The notes beneath the pieces were generated by a model that saw only the letters and a program-made list of their open reading frames with translations, ran no database searches and was not told the DNA's origin. DNA of 64,000 nucleotides from Octopus sinensis (Eukaryota), in the NCBI RefSeq assembly GCF_006345805.1, contig NC_043003.1, forward strand, positions 5,704,001 to 5,768,000, read 5' to 3'. Positions 1-12,384 of the stretch are shown here, piece after piece (within the stretch, counting starts at the first letter, position 1; every line of letters begins with the position of its first letter). The position numbers and the translations under genes are program-made.

Positions 1-395
1 GCAGCAACAACAACAACATCATAAACAAGCAGTGAGTTATATACGTTGCGTGGTGTCTAGTCCAAATTCTATGGACTGGAATACCATGTTGCGTGGTTAG
101 AACCAAACATTTTCCATCGAATATTATTATTACTAGCAATCACCAATAGAAATCTGGCAACCCCCACTCCGCCTTCACCCTCACATCACCAATAGATATC
201 TAACTCTCTCCTCTTCCCACAACCACCACCACCTTCTCCTCTTCGTCAATACATATCTTCCATTTCAAGTACATCTGAACATGGAGCCATTGTATTGCAA
301 CAAGACACAACACAAACCTACTTATATTCTTCTGATATTAGATTTAAATTCATTCTCTGATGCCAATTCTTCCTCTCACTCTCTCACTCTCTCCC

Positions 396-757
396 TTACC
401 CTCTCTTTTTCTCACTCTGTATGCATACATACACCCATACACCTATACATGTATACGTAAATATGTATGTATATATATATATATTAATCATGTATATAAA
501 GAGAGGGAGAGAAAAAGACAGCAACACAGATAATCTATATCTATATATGCATGTGTGTATATATATATATGCATATACATACATATACATATACATACAT
601 ATACATATACATATATATACATATACATATATATACATATACATACATATATATACATATACATACATATATATACATATACATATACATATATATACAT
701 ATATATTACATATACATATATAATATATATATATACACATACATACATATATGTATA

Positions 758-797
<40 letters not shown>

Positions 798-1045
798 CAT
801 ACATGTATATAATTATATATATATATGTATAAAATTATATATATATGTGTGAGTATATAATTATATATATATATATGTATGTATGTATGTATGTATATGA
901 CATTACTTTCAGTGTATCAACTTACCCACTTTCACACAGTTACATTAATGCGAACTTACAGATTGCCCAGTGTGTATATATTTATGTGTGCATGCGTGTG
1001 TCTGCATATGTGTATGTCCGTGTGTGTGTGTGTGTATGTGTGCAA
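396..1045. repeat. Compound (TC)/(TA)/(CA)/(TG) microsatellite field
   Basis: Directly visible dinucleotide repeats; source of the Y/I/H/T/C/V-repeat ORFs at 396-1073. Confidence 0.95.
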
Positions 1046-1419
1046 TTATAAAACTTTTCCCAATCCATGTTAATATTAGCTTCAAGAAACTCAACGTAGT
1101 TCGATGAATAACATCTTCAGACGCAGGTTGACATCTCGTTGTCTATAATTCTGCAAAAGTGTGTTCGTCATCATATACATCCGTACACTCACACATGCAT
1201 CTAGAAACATTCTTACATGCTTAAATAAATATATATTCAAGCACAAATATGTTTGTATGTACATATGTGTATTTTTTTATGGAAATTATAAGGCTGCTAA
1301 CCAAATTTCTGCGGCGTATAAGTGATTGAGTTTACAGCATTCCCTTCGAAAGGGACGCTCGTGCTTTAATGGGTTCAAGGCCCGAAATCTTGAATGGGAG
1401 CACCGACCGCAGTTATTGA

Positions 1420-1510
1420 ATCCTATTTTATTTTATCGACTTCGAAAGGATGAAAAGGCAATGTTGGCTTCACCGGGATTTGAACTCGGAACGTAAGGCG
1501 CCAGGTGAAA
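1420..1510 (-). mobile_element. Degenerate SINE family B-related fragment
   Basis: ttttatcgacttcgaaaggatgaaaaggc...gggatttgaactcggaacgt is the reverse complement of the family-B body (gttctgagttcaaattccgcc...tttcatcctttcggggtcgataaa). Confidence 0.65.
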
Positions 1511-1973
1511 TTTCTTAAAGCAATTAATCCACGAGATATCATAAATTTTTCAAATTTTGAAATTTCTTTCTTCTGAATTCTTCAGAGATATTTGTTAGCG
1601 ACACGCAAGGGGAAGGGGAGAGAATTTAGAAATAAATGATATCTTTGAGAAAAATTACATGCTATGGGAAGAAATCTATGGAAGTATCTTTCAAAATTCA
1701 TACATCATGAAAAATTTACAGATATCCGATCCTTCGGATGTGAAACTTTAAAAGTCTGCTACGGACTAATTTCTCTTCAAGAGCAAAATATTGTAAACAA
1801 TACTGCCCTAGCAACTTATATAATTTTGTTTTTAATAGCTACTTATTATAGATATTGCATTTAAGAAAATTGTGCATATATTAAACTAGAAACTTATGTG
1901 TGGATACGTAAAGTCTTAATTCATACCAATTTCTTCCAAACAAGAAATTACTTAGTCCTTAAAACTATACGTA

Positions 1974-2049
<76 letters not shown>

Positions 2050-2149
2050 ATATATGAGTGTGTGTGTTCATATATATGTATTTATATATGTTTTGTACTT
2101 GGATAGCACTTGATTTTTCTGAGTCTCTTTTTCAGCCAGTCAAGTGTCC

Positions 2150-3310
2150 CATAAGCACCCTCCCATATTCATACATTCATATCTGCGCAATTTTATACTC
2201 ATAATTTGTCCATCCAATCTCATAAGGACTCTCTCCTTCTTCCTTTCTGGATCTGTTTTTGACTGCATATCACACTCCTTGATGTTCAACTCCAGTTACT
2301 AACGGGATTTGTAAATGTCTGAAAAAGCCACCTATTCCTTTATCTCGATACATGCCGCCTTTTTTCTTGCCATTCTTGGTCATGCTGAATGAGTTACTTC
2401 TCTTTATCTTTACTCCAACCCCATCATTGAATCAACCAAAGTCATCTTCGGTCTTAAAGATTTGATGAATGGCTTCTAGTGAGTAGATTTCAGCTGATCT
2501 TTGAAACGCTATTTTGGTTCTCATTCACAAATTGACCGAAGGTAGAGTTACCAGTATAATATCCTACGAGGGAGATATAGACCATCAGACCCATTTCTTT
2601 ATGAACTCTACGGACGTCCCGGGTGTCCATTTCACAATCAGCACAATGAAATTCAATTAGATGGTCAGTGCCAAGCTTGGTACTCTCCCGTAGCTTTCTA
2701 ACTTTCAAAAGTTTCTAATAAAATAGGATGTTAACTGTGATTCCTGATCACATCATAGAAATTGTACACTTTAATTCTATCGTCCTCCATCTGGCTTTCC
2801 CTGCTAACATTCAGCTTTCAGGAGACGAAAGGTGCATTGAGCCTCACAGCAAAGATCATACCGCTTCATCATAATATTGTTTAACGGACGATCGACCACA
2901 GTATTTTTGTTCAGAATCTGCTAATATCGGTCATATCATGACGAATGTTATAAGATATGGAGAGAGATATTTAGAACCTATTCTAACTACCACGGCGTGA
3001 TGGCGCTGGGGCTTTTAGACTGACAGCTTGTGAGAGTCAGGACTCCGTAGAAATATCAGAAACGTTCGTCTTAACATGTCAGAGCCACTCGACGTCTGAT
3101 GCCTAAAATCTGGTGCTTATTTATGTGATACGATGTTCTGCCCAACGTCCGGCTATTCTCATGGCATAGGACAGCAAATCCTTAATGAAAAGCTGAATGG
3201 CCTTGGCTTTGGTTTAGCCAATATGAGGCCAGTGTTTGAAACTGAGTTTCAAACGTGATCTTTTGCGTCTGATTTTCTGCCGGAAGATTGTGTTGGTAAT
3301 AAGATTATGA
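2150..3310 (-). mobile_element. Decayed, internally deleted RTE-clade (BovB-like) LINE
   Basis: Manual minus-strand translation gives ITNTIFRQKIRRK..KHW and YAMRIAGRWAEHRI near 3150-3305 (resembles the RTE endonuclease end, ITNT.F.QK..HK.TW.HPRSKHW / AMRGADCWTDHRL), and LPRRILY...PK*RFKDQLKS near 2480-2580 (RTE ORF C-terminus). Many stops and frameshifts. Confidence 0.6.
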
Positions 3311-3332
3311 GACGTGTATGTGTGTCCCTGTG

Positions 3333-3408
<76 letters not shown>

Positions 3409-3421
3409 TAGATAGATAGAT

Positions 3422-3453
<32 letters not shown>

Positions 3454-4885
3454 GGAGCAAAACCGCACGCAAAAATACATATATATTTATGTATATTTTA
3501 TATATATATTTTTGCATAAGTACATATATACACGTATCTCTTACACCAATATATTCAATTACAAAGATACATACACAATGCCACATATACGTACACATAG
3601 ATAGATGCCGATACAGATGCACACACACGCTCATACATAATTTATTGAAGAATCGACGTAATGATAAAAGAGACATACAAAAGAATTTTTTAAAAATATA
3701 AAAATAAAAGAAAAAAATATCAAGTGAATTAACAGAAACATCTAATTGTGTGTAATTGCTTCTAATCGATAGATCGATAGACTACAAATTGATACTTTAT
3801 TGTACATGCCAGCTCTAAGTAGATGTTTCACGAAATGAAAGTAATTAAGACTTTAGAAATATTCGCTTTTAGACGAGGAATCTTGAGGATTCCTTGACCA
3901 AATTTTCTTCGCTTATGTTTTATTTTATGCCTTCTCTCTTTTTTTTCTTTTTGGATTTCGAATATCTTTTTCTCTCTGTTTATATACATCTGTGTGTGTG
4001 TGTGTGCAAGCGCACATGTGAGTGTGCGTGCTTATACGTTTTTGTGTTTGGTGTATATATATATATATATATACACATGCAACTAAAACACACGTACGCA
4101 CAAACACACATATATACACACATATATAAACATAGATATGCATATATGTGCATATCTATATGCTTATACGTTTGTACTTGTTTTGCTCGCTGTATAGATA
4201 TATACATACAGATATATACATGCATATAGATATACATACAGATATATACATACATAGTTGTATACAAATGCATATATATATATATGTATGTATGTTTTTG
4301 TATACAACTATATAAGGAAGTGTGTTGTACTTAGGCAAGTACATGCGTGTATGCAAATCTAATGATGATGGGGATGCCGACGACGATGACAACGTCAGCG
4401 ATAACGAAGATGATGATGATGATGACTCATACACCCACCCCCTCACTCTTTAATTCATTATTCTCTCATTTCAACATTAATTGTATTTTTTCTTTAATTT
4501 CGTTTGCATTTATTTATTTTCTTCCTCTTGAAATCTTAAAATAAAATTTGTTATCCGCATTATTTCCGTTTGTTTATATTACATTAATTGGAATTTAACT
4601 TTTCTATGTTGTAATTACGCGACGTTTGCACATCTATCACCCAAACATTACCGTTGATATATCGTAGCAATATCTCGACACTATTCTTCACTTGTAAGGG
4701 CTGTTTGACTTTTTGCCAAACATCATTGCCTTGCAGTCGTCGTTGACGTCGCTGTTATTCAAATTTAGGTCAGCCCTTAAAATAGAACATTAATCGAAGC
4801 CATTCAATTTGGGGTGACCTTTATTTTCCCTTATTTTTCCACACTATGTATCGAGGATTACACTCACACGCACACACATGGTAAA

Positions 4886-5021
4886 GGCGCAGGAGTAGTT
4901 GCGTGGTAAGTAGCTTGCTTACCAACCACATGGTTCCGTGTTTATTTCCGGGTTCATTTCCACTACGTGGCACCTTGCACGTTTTTTGTTGTGGTGCACC
5001 TGAGCACTGTATACAATAATT

Positions 5022-5025
<4 letters not shown>
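4886..5025 (+). mobile_element. SINE family A 5' (tRNA-like) head fused to a different 3' tail ending in (ATT)n
   Basis: ggcgcaggagtagttgcgtggtaagtagcttgcttaccaaccacatggttcc matches the heads at 25524, 27884 and 60239. It then switches to ttgtggtgcacctgagcactgtatacaataatttc(att)n. Confidence 0.75.
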
Positions 5026-5070
<45 letters not shown>

Positions 5071-5810
5071 ACTCATGGCATCGACTAGGATGAACTAGAT
5101 AGCCTGTTTCCTAAGAGTTTTGGGCCCGATACTGCCAAAGAAAGCTTCCTGAAATCTCTCTAGCGAGGAACACTGCCGGTTTGAGATAAACTCTACAGGA
5201 ACGGAAGCGCTGTCAGGCGGGAATGTCTAAGATACTCACGGAGCGACGGACCGTTCTACTCGCATTCATGCTGGTGTCCGAGTATTGCTGACCATAGAAT
5301 AATGAAATAAAAGTTTCAGTGGCCAGAGCTGTAGTGTCAGGTACAACAATTGCAGTTCGAAAGAATTTACAGAAAATTTTACATCAAACGGCTTTTGAAG
5401 GACACCAGTTTGAAGGACACCAGAAAGTGCACATTCTCAGAAAATATTCTGACTCTGCTACACTTTCAGTCGTCAAAATGCATGAAGAAAAAATTTAGTT
5501 ATGCTTTGCTAACCTCACGCCCTGGAGGAATGAATAAAATGACGAGTGAATTTCATCACCTTTACACAAAACTGTTTGACTATTTATACTTTTCCCTGAT
5601 TTTTTTTCTTTCATTCTTTCTTCTTTTTCCTTGTTACTAGTTATGAAAGTGAAAACTGATGGAGCCATTTTATCCGAAAAGTAACGCAGGATTTCTTCGT
5701 TCATATTTTAATTCTTGTGTTTCATTTTACAAGACGAACTGTTGAAATATTGTTCGATCCACTGAATAAATAATTTTCATTACACATCGTATCGCGCTCT
5801 TCTTACTGTC

Positions 5811-5853
<43 letters not shown>

Positions 5854-5862
5854 GTTATTATT

Positions 5863-6280
5863 GAGTGAGAGAGCAGTTCATGCCATCAAAGTGACACTGG
5901 GGTAAAATATACGAAGCCCAATATACCCATCATGACTACCCGTCTCATAAGGGTACACCAGGAACATGCATCACAACCATATGTGCGCGACATGGTGATC
6001 TCATATCAAGATAAACAGCACATGACCTTGCAGGTGGGGCCCAGTTAGAATTTTGTTCAGGTTGAGTAGCCCATCCCGCTCAAAAGGTCCCTGAATAAGG
6101 GTTGTTTAAGGATGTTGAAAGAACCACCCATGTTTCCAGAGGTGAATTATTCAAACCCCAAAGAATCCCTCTCAACACATGGCTATGATGCTACCCCCAC
6201 TACTTCTGCTTGTGATCAGAGATGCACATATCGTCAGCCACTAAGGGACATGCTCAACCGGTTAAAGTCAAACAGCTGAC
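5863..6280 (-). mobile_element. Non-coding element 'D', copy 1 (AAT-associated retroposon)
   Basis: Colinear with 7279-7753, 7993-8460 and the reverse complement of 18070-18403. Flanked by (ATT)n, with a fixed end gagtgagagagcag. Confidence 0.85.
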
Positions 6281-6300
6281 TATTATTATTATTATTATTA

Positions 6301-6706
6301 TCATCACCATCATTGCTTTACTTCACAGAGCGCTATGTCTTGTTTGCTTTCATAAACTCACTGAGCAGCCTGTTGGCAGAGGTCTCACGGGATATCTTTG
6401 ATACTCGGTTGTTAATTATCACAGAAGACATTCAACATCCAAGTACCAATCTCAAAATCCTAGCTGTCCCCAGCAGAGTAGTTTTGGGGGTTTGCTTTGC
6501 TCTCATGTCAATTCTGATTTCTCTGACATATTTCTCGAACTTGGTTGTTAGTGCTCCGAGTGCCCCTACAACTACTGGAATGACAGACACTCTCCTCATA
6601 GTCCACATTCTTGCAATTTCGTCTTTTAGTAGTCTATACTTTTCAATCTTTTCTACTACTTTGTCACTTAAGCGTACATCCCCGGGTACTGCAATATCTA
6701 TAAGAT
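6301..6706 (-). mobile_element. R4/Dong-type non-LTR retrotransposon 3' end (RLE domain + 3' UTR), subfamily 1
   Basis: ORF 6432-6785 contains IDIAVPGD..KVVEKIEKYRLLKDEIARMW..VIPVVVGALG..KTTLLGTARILRLVLGC*, a PD-(D/E)xK-type restriction-like endonuclease C-terminus. Highly similar to 40070-40330. Confidence 0.85.
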
Positions 6707-6751
6707 TATCATTATCATTTTCATTATTATTATTATTATTATTATTATCAT

Positions 6752-7234
6752 CTTTTTTTTCTTCTTCTTTCAAATTTGCTTCCATTTCTTGATTTCTTGC
6801 CGAGTGTCTTCCCGACTCCTAGGGCAAAGAAACTCATAGTATACATTGGTAGGCCATTAAACTAAACTCACTAGTACGTTCATTTTTTTTAAAGTTAAAT
6901 TAAAATACATGGGTAGTAATAGTTCTCACATCGACAATGCTCTTCTCAATACGTGTGATGTACCAGTTAAGACAATTTTTTGCACTTCTTGCAGGGATGG
7001 TAAGCCAGGGATCATTCTCATATAATTTTCGGTTCCCTTCTTGATCATTCCTAGTGCTTCTACGATCACTGGTATTGTAACCGCCTTGAGATGTCACATT
7101 TTCTCAATTTCAATGAGCAGGTCTTCGTATTTTCTAAGCTTGTCAAACTCTTTCGCTGAGATATTATGATCGCAGGATATGCTCATGTCGATCAATAAGC
7201 AAACGTTATTGTTTTGGTCTTTCACAGGGGATGT

Positions 7235-7235
<1 letters not shown>
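6752..7235 (-). mobile_element. R4/Dong-type 3' end, subfamily 2
   Basis: Manual translation 7225->6926: VKDQNNNVCLLIDMSISCDHNISAKEFDKLRKYEDLLIEIEKM*HLKAVTIPVIVEALGMIKKGTENYMRMIPGLPSLQEVQKIVLTGTSHVLRRALSM*, then a ~170-bp UTR and an (AAT)n tail. Confidence 0.8.
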
Positions 7236-7270
<35 letters not shown>

Positions 7271-7278
7271 TATTAGTT

Positions 7279-7753
7279 AGTGAGAGAGCAGTGCATGCCA
7301 TCAAAGTGACACTGGTGTAAAATATACTACCCGTCTGATAAGGGTACACCAGGCACATGCGTCACAGCCATATCTGCGCTACATATTCATCTCCTATCAA
7401 GATAAACAGCGCATGACTTTGCAGGTGGGGCCCAGTAAACATTTTCTTCAGATGGAGTAGCCCATCCCGCTCAAAAGGTTCCTAAATATTTTTTTTTTTA
7501 GGATGTTGAACGAAACACCTATGTTTCCAGAGGTGAGGTATTCAAACCCCAAAGAATCCCTCTCAACACATGGCTATGATGCTCCCCTACAACTTTTGCT
7601 TGTGCACAGGGATGCACTTATCATCACCTACTAAGGAATATACTCAACTGGTTAAAGTCAAACAACTGACAAGCAAATATGTGGCATTGAGGAGAATATT
7701 TGCTGCAGCCTATCTTTTATACCAAGACAAAACATTGTACATGATAGCACTTC
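7279..7753 (-). mobile_element. Element D, copy 2
   Basis: Same sequence as 5863-6280 with a short internal deletion and an extension to gatagcacttc. Flanked by (ATT)n. Confidence 0.85.
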
Positions 7754-7953
7754 TATTATTATTATTATTGTTGTTGTTGTTTATGGTTTCCTTTCATTAT
7801 AACTTTATTTCAGCTGCCTTAGCACCGGACATCCTCCTGAGGCCAAGAGTGGCAAGGGCACTTTTGTTTTGCTATGCATGCTAAAACTATCACCACATTT
7901 ATTCCATTTTAAATATAGTGCTGTCCTTAGTATATTATATGGACTTATTATTA

Positions 7954-7989
<36 letters not shown>

Positions 7990-7992
7990 CAA

Positions 7993-8460
7993 TGAGAGAA
8001 CTGTGCATGCCATTAAAGTGACACTGGATTACAGATATACACAATCAAATACACCCACCATGACAACCCGTCTGATAAGGGTTCAGTCACACACATTTCG
8101 ACCATGTATGTGCTACATGGTGATCCCATATCAAGATTAACAGATCATGGCCTTGTGGATGGGGATCAGTTAGAATTTTCTTTAGGTCGAGCAGCCAATC
8201 CCGCTCAAAAGTTCGCGAAATCGAGGATGTTTACGGGTGATGAAGGAAACACCCATGTTTCCCGAGGTGAATTATTCAAACCCCAAAGAATTCCTCTCAA
8301 GCACATTGCTATCGTGCTCTCCTAACACTCTTGTTTGTGGGCAGAGAAGCATATATGGTGAATTACTAAGCAACATGCTCAATTGATTATGGTCAAGCAG
8401 CTGGCAATTAGGTAAGATCAGAAACCTTAAGAGCCACTTTCTGGTACTGAATCAGAACAC
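7993..8460 (-). mobile_element. Element D, copy 3 (more diverged, internal deletion)
   Basis: tgagagaactgtgcatgccattaaagtgacactgg ... caaaccccaaagaattcctctcaagcaca colinear with copies 1 and 2. Confidence 0.8.
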
Positions 8461-8469
8461 TTATCATTA

Positions 8470-8614
8470 ATATTATTTTTTTAATCTTTATCTACGTGCA
8501 ACATATTAGACGGTTGGGAAAGAAAAGTTCCTAACATCAAGCTACAACAAGCAGACTTAAATGCCAAGAACTCTCCTAAGTATCTTAGCTGTCCCGAACA
8601 AAACTAATTTTTGC

Positions 8615-8616
<2 letters not shown>
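8470..8616 (-). mobile_element. R4/Dong-type extreme 3' end, a further subfamily
   Basis: Minus strand 8616->8557 reads QQKLVLFGTAKILRRVLGI*, the same terminal motif as the other RLE fragments. Bounded by (ATT)n. Confidence 0.7.
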
Positions 8617-8648
<32 letters not shown>

Positions 8649-8986
8649 CTATGGTTAGCAGTTCACGAATAGTTTTGAAGAAAAAGAATTGAATATATTT
8701 CTTTGGGTAGATATTTTCGAAAGATAAAACGAAATAAAGTATAAACTCTCTTGGGGTTTGACTCAGTAATATTTAGCGCTTATCTAAAAACCCGTTATTT
8801 ATAATTCTTGCATTATATTTATTTCCTGATTTCTAATCAGGAATATTAATGAAATTGTTTAATTTCCCAAATGAAGAGGTTTTCTTTTACTGATTGCTTC
8901 GTTAATCTCCATGAAAACTTAACGATAGGTCGCGAGACACTGAACTGAGATGTGACATATCACCAACACAAAACATCATCTGAGTA

Positions 8987-9584
8987 GAGCTGGCAGAAAC
9001 GTTAGCACGCCAGGCGAAATGCTGAGCGGTATTTCGTCTGCTGCTACGTTCTGAGTTCAAATTCCGCCGAGGTCGACTTTGCCTTTCATCCTTTCGGGGT
9101 CGACTACATAAGTACCAGTAACGCACTGGGGTCGATATTAATCGACTTAATCCGTTTGTCTGTCCTTGTTTGTCCCCTCTGTGTTTAGCCCCTTGTTGGT
9201 AGTAAAGAAATAGGTATTTAGTCTGCCGCTATGTTCTGAGTTCAAATCCCGCCGAGGTCGACTTTGCCTTTCATCCTTTCGGGGTCGACTACATAAGTAC
9301 CACTTACGCACTGGAATCGATGTAATCGACTTAATCCGTTTGTCTGTCCTTGTTTGTCCCCTCTATGTTTAGCCCCTTGTGGGTAGTAAAGAAATAGGTA
9401 TTTCGTCTGCTGCTACGTTCTGAGTTCAAATTCCGCCAAGGTCGACTTTGCCTTTCATCCTTTCGGGGTCGATTAAATAAGTACCAGTTACGCACTGGGG
9501 TCGATATAATCGACTTAATCCATTTGTCTGTCCTTGTTTGTCCTCTTTGTGTTTAGCCCCTTGTGGGTAGTAAAGAAATAGGTA
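8987..9584 (+). mobile_element. SINE family B: one head plus three tandem ~184-bp body units
   Basis: Units start at ggtatt 9028, 9213 and 9397, each ending gtttagccccttgt(g/t)ggtagtaaagaaata. Monomer copies at 33244 and 40994. Confidence 0.9.
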
Positions 9585-10021
9585 ATACAAAAAGCTGTAA
9601 CTGTAATAAATCTGCACCTCAACACACATCGAAGGAAGAGCAAGCAAAGGAGAGCTCGACTGGCAGTAAATAGCAGTTAAATCCCTATAAGACCACACAA
9701 TATCATCTAAAACATATACAAAGGAAATATTGGATACTGTAGTGATGGTCATAGCTGAAACGTCTTTGATCATAGAGCTGTACAACAGCACAAACTACGT
9801 GGTGCAGTAAACACTTTGTATTTGCGCATGAGTGTTTGTGCAAGTGGGATAGAAAGCGGGGAGAAAGTCATGATGTATTTTAATATTTAGCTTAAGCATT
9901 ACGAGATTAATAACCTGCTGTAGAATTAAGTATAAAATTCAGAACGAAGCTGTAGTCGAGTTTAGAAGGAAAATAGGAAAGTGAGATGGCAAAGCAATAA
10001 ACACTTATCTTATGAATTACA

Positions 10022-10104
10022 TTGGCTTACAGCTGTTTCTACTCTAAGATTCAGCGAAATCATAGTTGAGTGCCTGAGTCTCACCTTAAAGCTTCGGCAG
10101 AGGT
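10022..10104 (-). ncRNA. Degenerate hammerhead-like motif (PLE-type terminus)
   Basis: Minus strand: CUGCCGA core variant (10100-10094), stem II ctttaagg/tcttagag, then GAAAC-AGCU-GUA (10039-10028). Stem I is poor. Confidence 0.4.
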
Positions 10105-12352
10105 CCACTACATCTTATAGAAGAAGCAGCTGTCAGCTAATGAACTAATGAAGGCCATCAGGTAACTGTTTATTCCTTTGTCATCGCGTTTTCGTGTGTG
10201 TGTGTGTGTGTGTGTGTGTACGTATGTATATGTGTGTGTATATATATGTGTGTGTGTGTGTGTGTGTCTGTGCGTGCGTGCGTGTGTACATATCTAGCTA
10301 TGCCATATAAATGCACAGAATATTTGGTGCTGAATATTGTAATTAAAACAATATTGATGACGCTTCACAAATGCTGGCAGGAAAGACTTTCGGGCAAAAT
10401 TATCTGAGAGACCCAAGTGGAAGAGATTGTGTGTGCGAAACCGACGTGAGCATTCTGCCAGTTCCATGCCAAAGCTCTGGAATGCAAACATGGAGCATCA
10501 TTACACACAACCACATATTGTCAGTTAATAACTGGTATTCATTAGAGAAATGTATCATAAATAATCACTCTCTCATTTCTCCCTCTCTTTCCTTGTGTCT
10601 CTTTTTCTCTCGTCCCTCTGTCTCACTCCCTATAATATAGGAAAGGAGAGACGGAGCGAGAGAAAGACAGAGACAGACAGACAGAACGACACACAGACAA
10701 ACAGAGTAATGATAACAACTGTCGATTTAGTCGAAAGACGTGAAAAGCAAGTCTGATAGAAGACAGACATATTCAATAGCTTTGTAGAAGTGAGGAAATG
10801 AGGGCTGTTGGTATTGTCTGTGGCTATATTCTGGCTGTAGATATTTTGGTAAATCAGGTTTTAGAGTGACCCAAAATACCCTAGAGAACAAGAATTGACC
10901 TGGTTTCAAAGACAGGATATTGACCGGAAATGTTCAGCTGATTACCCTTCAATTGAATTGACTTGACCTGTTTTGGAATGCCCACTAATGACATGCGCAA
11001 TGACCCGACATCAAAGAACAGAAATAACATATAACCATACCTATGTTTCTGTTGTAGGATGGAGTGGAGCGAGTTTCCAACCTCCTCGCCTCAGATTAAG
11101 GACTGTTCCAAATTTTAGAATTAGATGGAAGCGTGTCTACTAAAGACTGTTTGCTCTAAGTTATAGCTATTAAACGGGGAGGCGAAGATGGTGCTCAGTT
11201 TTTAACCAAGTTGCCGGATGAGGTTTTTGTGTTCGTGGAGGGCAGTGGATTGGTAGAATGTCTGAATCACAGACAAATACTTGACGGTATTTAGCTAAGG
11301 CATTCTAGGTTCTGAGTTAAGATCTCGCGAAACATTTCTATGCATTTTATCATGCGAGAGTTAATAGTATGATTACCAGTTAAGTACTGGGGGTTAATAT
11401 AATCGGTTGTAACCGTCATAGTTATCAAAATGTATAGCCTTGTTCATAGATAAGAAACCGTAACTAACTTTCTGAGACCAAACATCTTGATGAAAGTAGC
11501 AACACTTCTGGAGTCAAATACATTGAAATATTTAGGTAACATCCATGATACATCTCAGGTCACAACGTTGAAATACTTAGCTCCTTCACAGTGATGAGAT
11601 CAAATAAAACCGAAGAAGGGATATAATTTTGACCACTCAGAGACCAATTATTATATTAAAAATAATTTATTATATATAAAAAGTGAGAAATCAATATTTT
11701 CTACTGATTATGAGTGTTGAAATATCGTCATTCGTATATTGTCGGATAAAACACTAAGTAGGATTTATTGCAGAGGAATTACATGATATATCTCTAGAAT
11801 TAGATTAATGAGGTTAATAGCCGTAACTAAAACAAATGTGTAATTGGGTTCAAGTTATTTGATGCGAATCCACAGTACACGTTTGTCGCAAGCCGCAAAA
11901 TAATTGCCTGCTATTTCCCAAAAAGTAACCTCAGTCGACATTACAGTAACCTTACATATTAAGTATACACCTTTCTGAAGATTTCACAATAAATCTGGAT
12001 TTTAAAAATAGCATTGTATAATCATTGTTTGTTAATGAAACGCTCGTACGATCGAGTAACATTATACTTTATTAACACTCACAGCTGATATATATATATA
12101 TATATATATATAAATATATACATACATATATATATACACACACAAATATATACATACATATATATATACACACACATGTATACATTGACATTTATATATA
12201 TATATGCAAGTGTATGAGTGTATTTGTATGAGGTTATATGTATATCAGTGAAATCAGATATATGGAGAGATGGGTGCCAAATAAACAGAAGCAAATATCT
12301 ATATAAATAGGTGTAGAAATAAGCATAAAATCATATACAAAGTACATGCACA

Positions 12353-12384
<32 letters not shown>

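Noticed and set aside
6432-6785. 117-aa ORF as a real poly-Asn gene
   Set aside because: It is a chance in-frame fusion of one element's 3' tail, an (AAT)n tract and another element's RLE fragment.
6313-6792. 159-aa plus-strand hydrophobic ORF
   Set aside because: It is the antisense shadow of the RLE fragment.
9028-9580. Regularly spaced repeats that might suggest a CRISPR array
   Set aside because: The units are entire ~184-bp SINE bodies with no unique spacers, and the context is eukaryotic with no cas genes.
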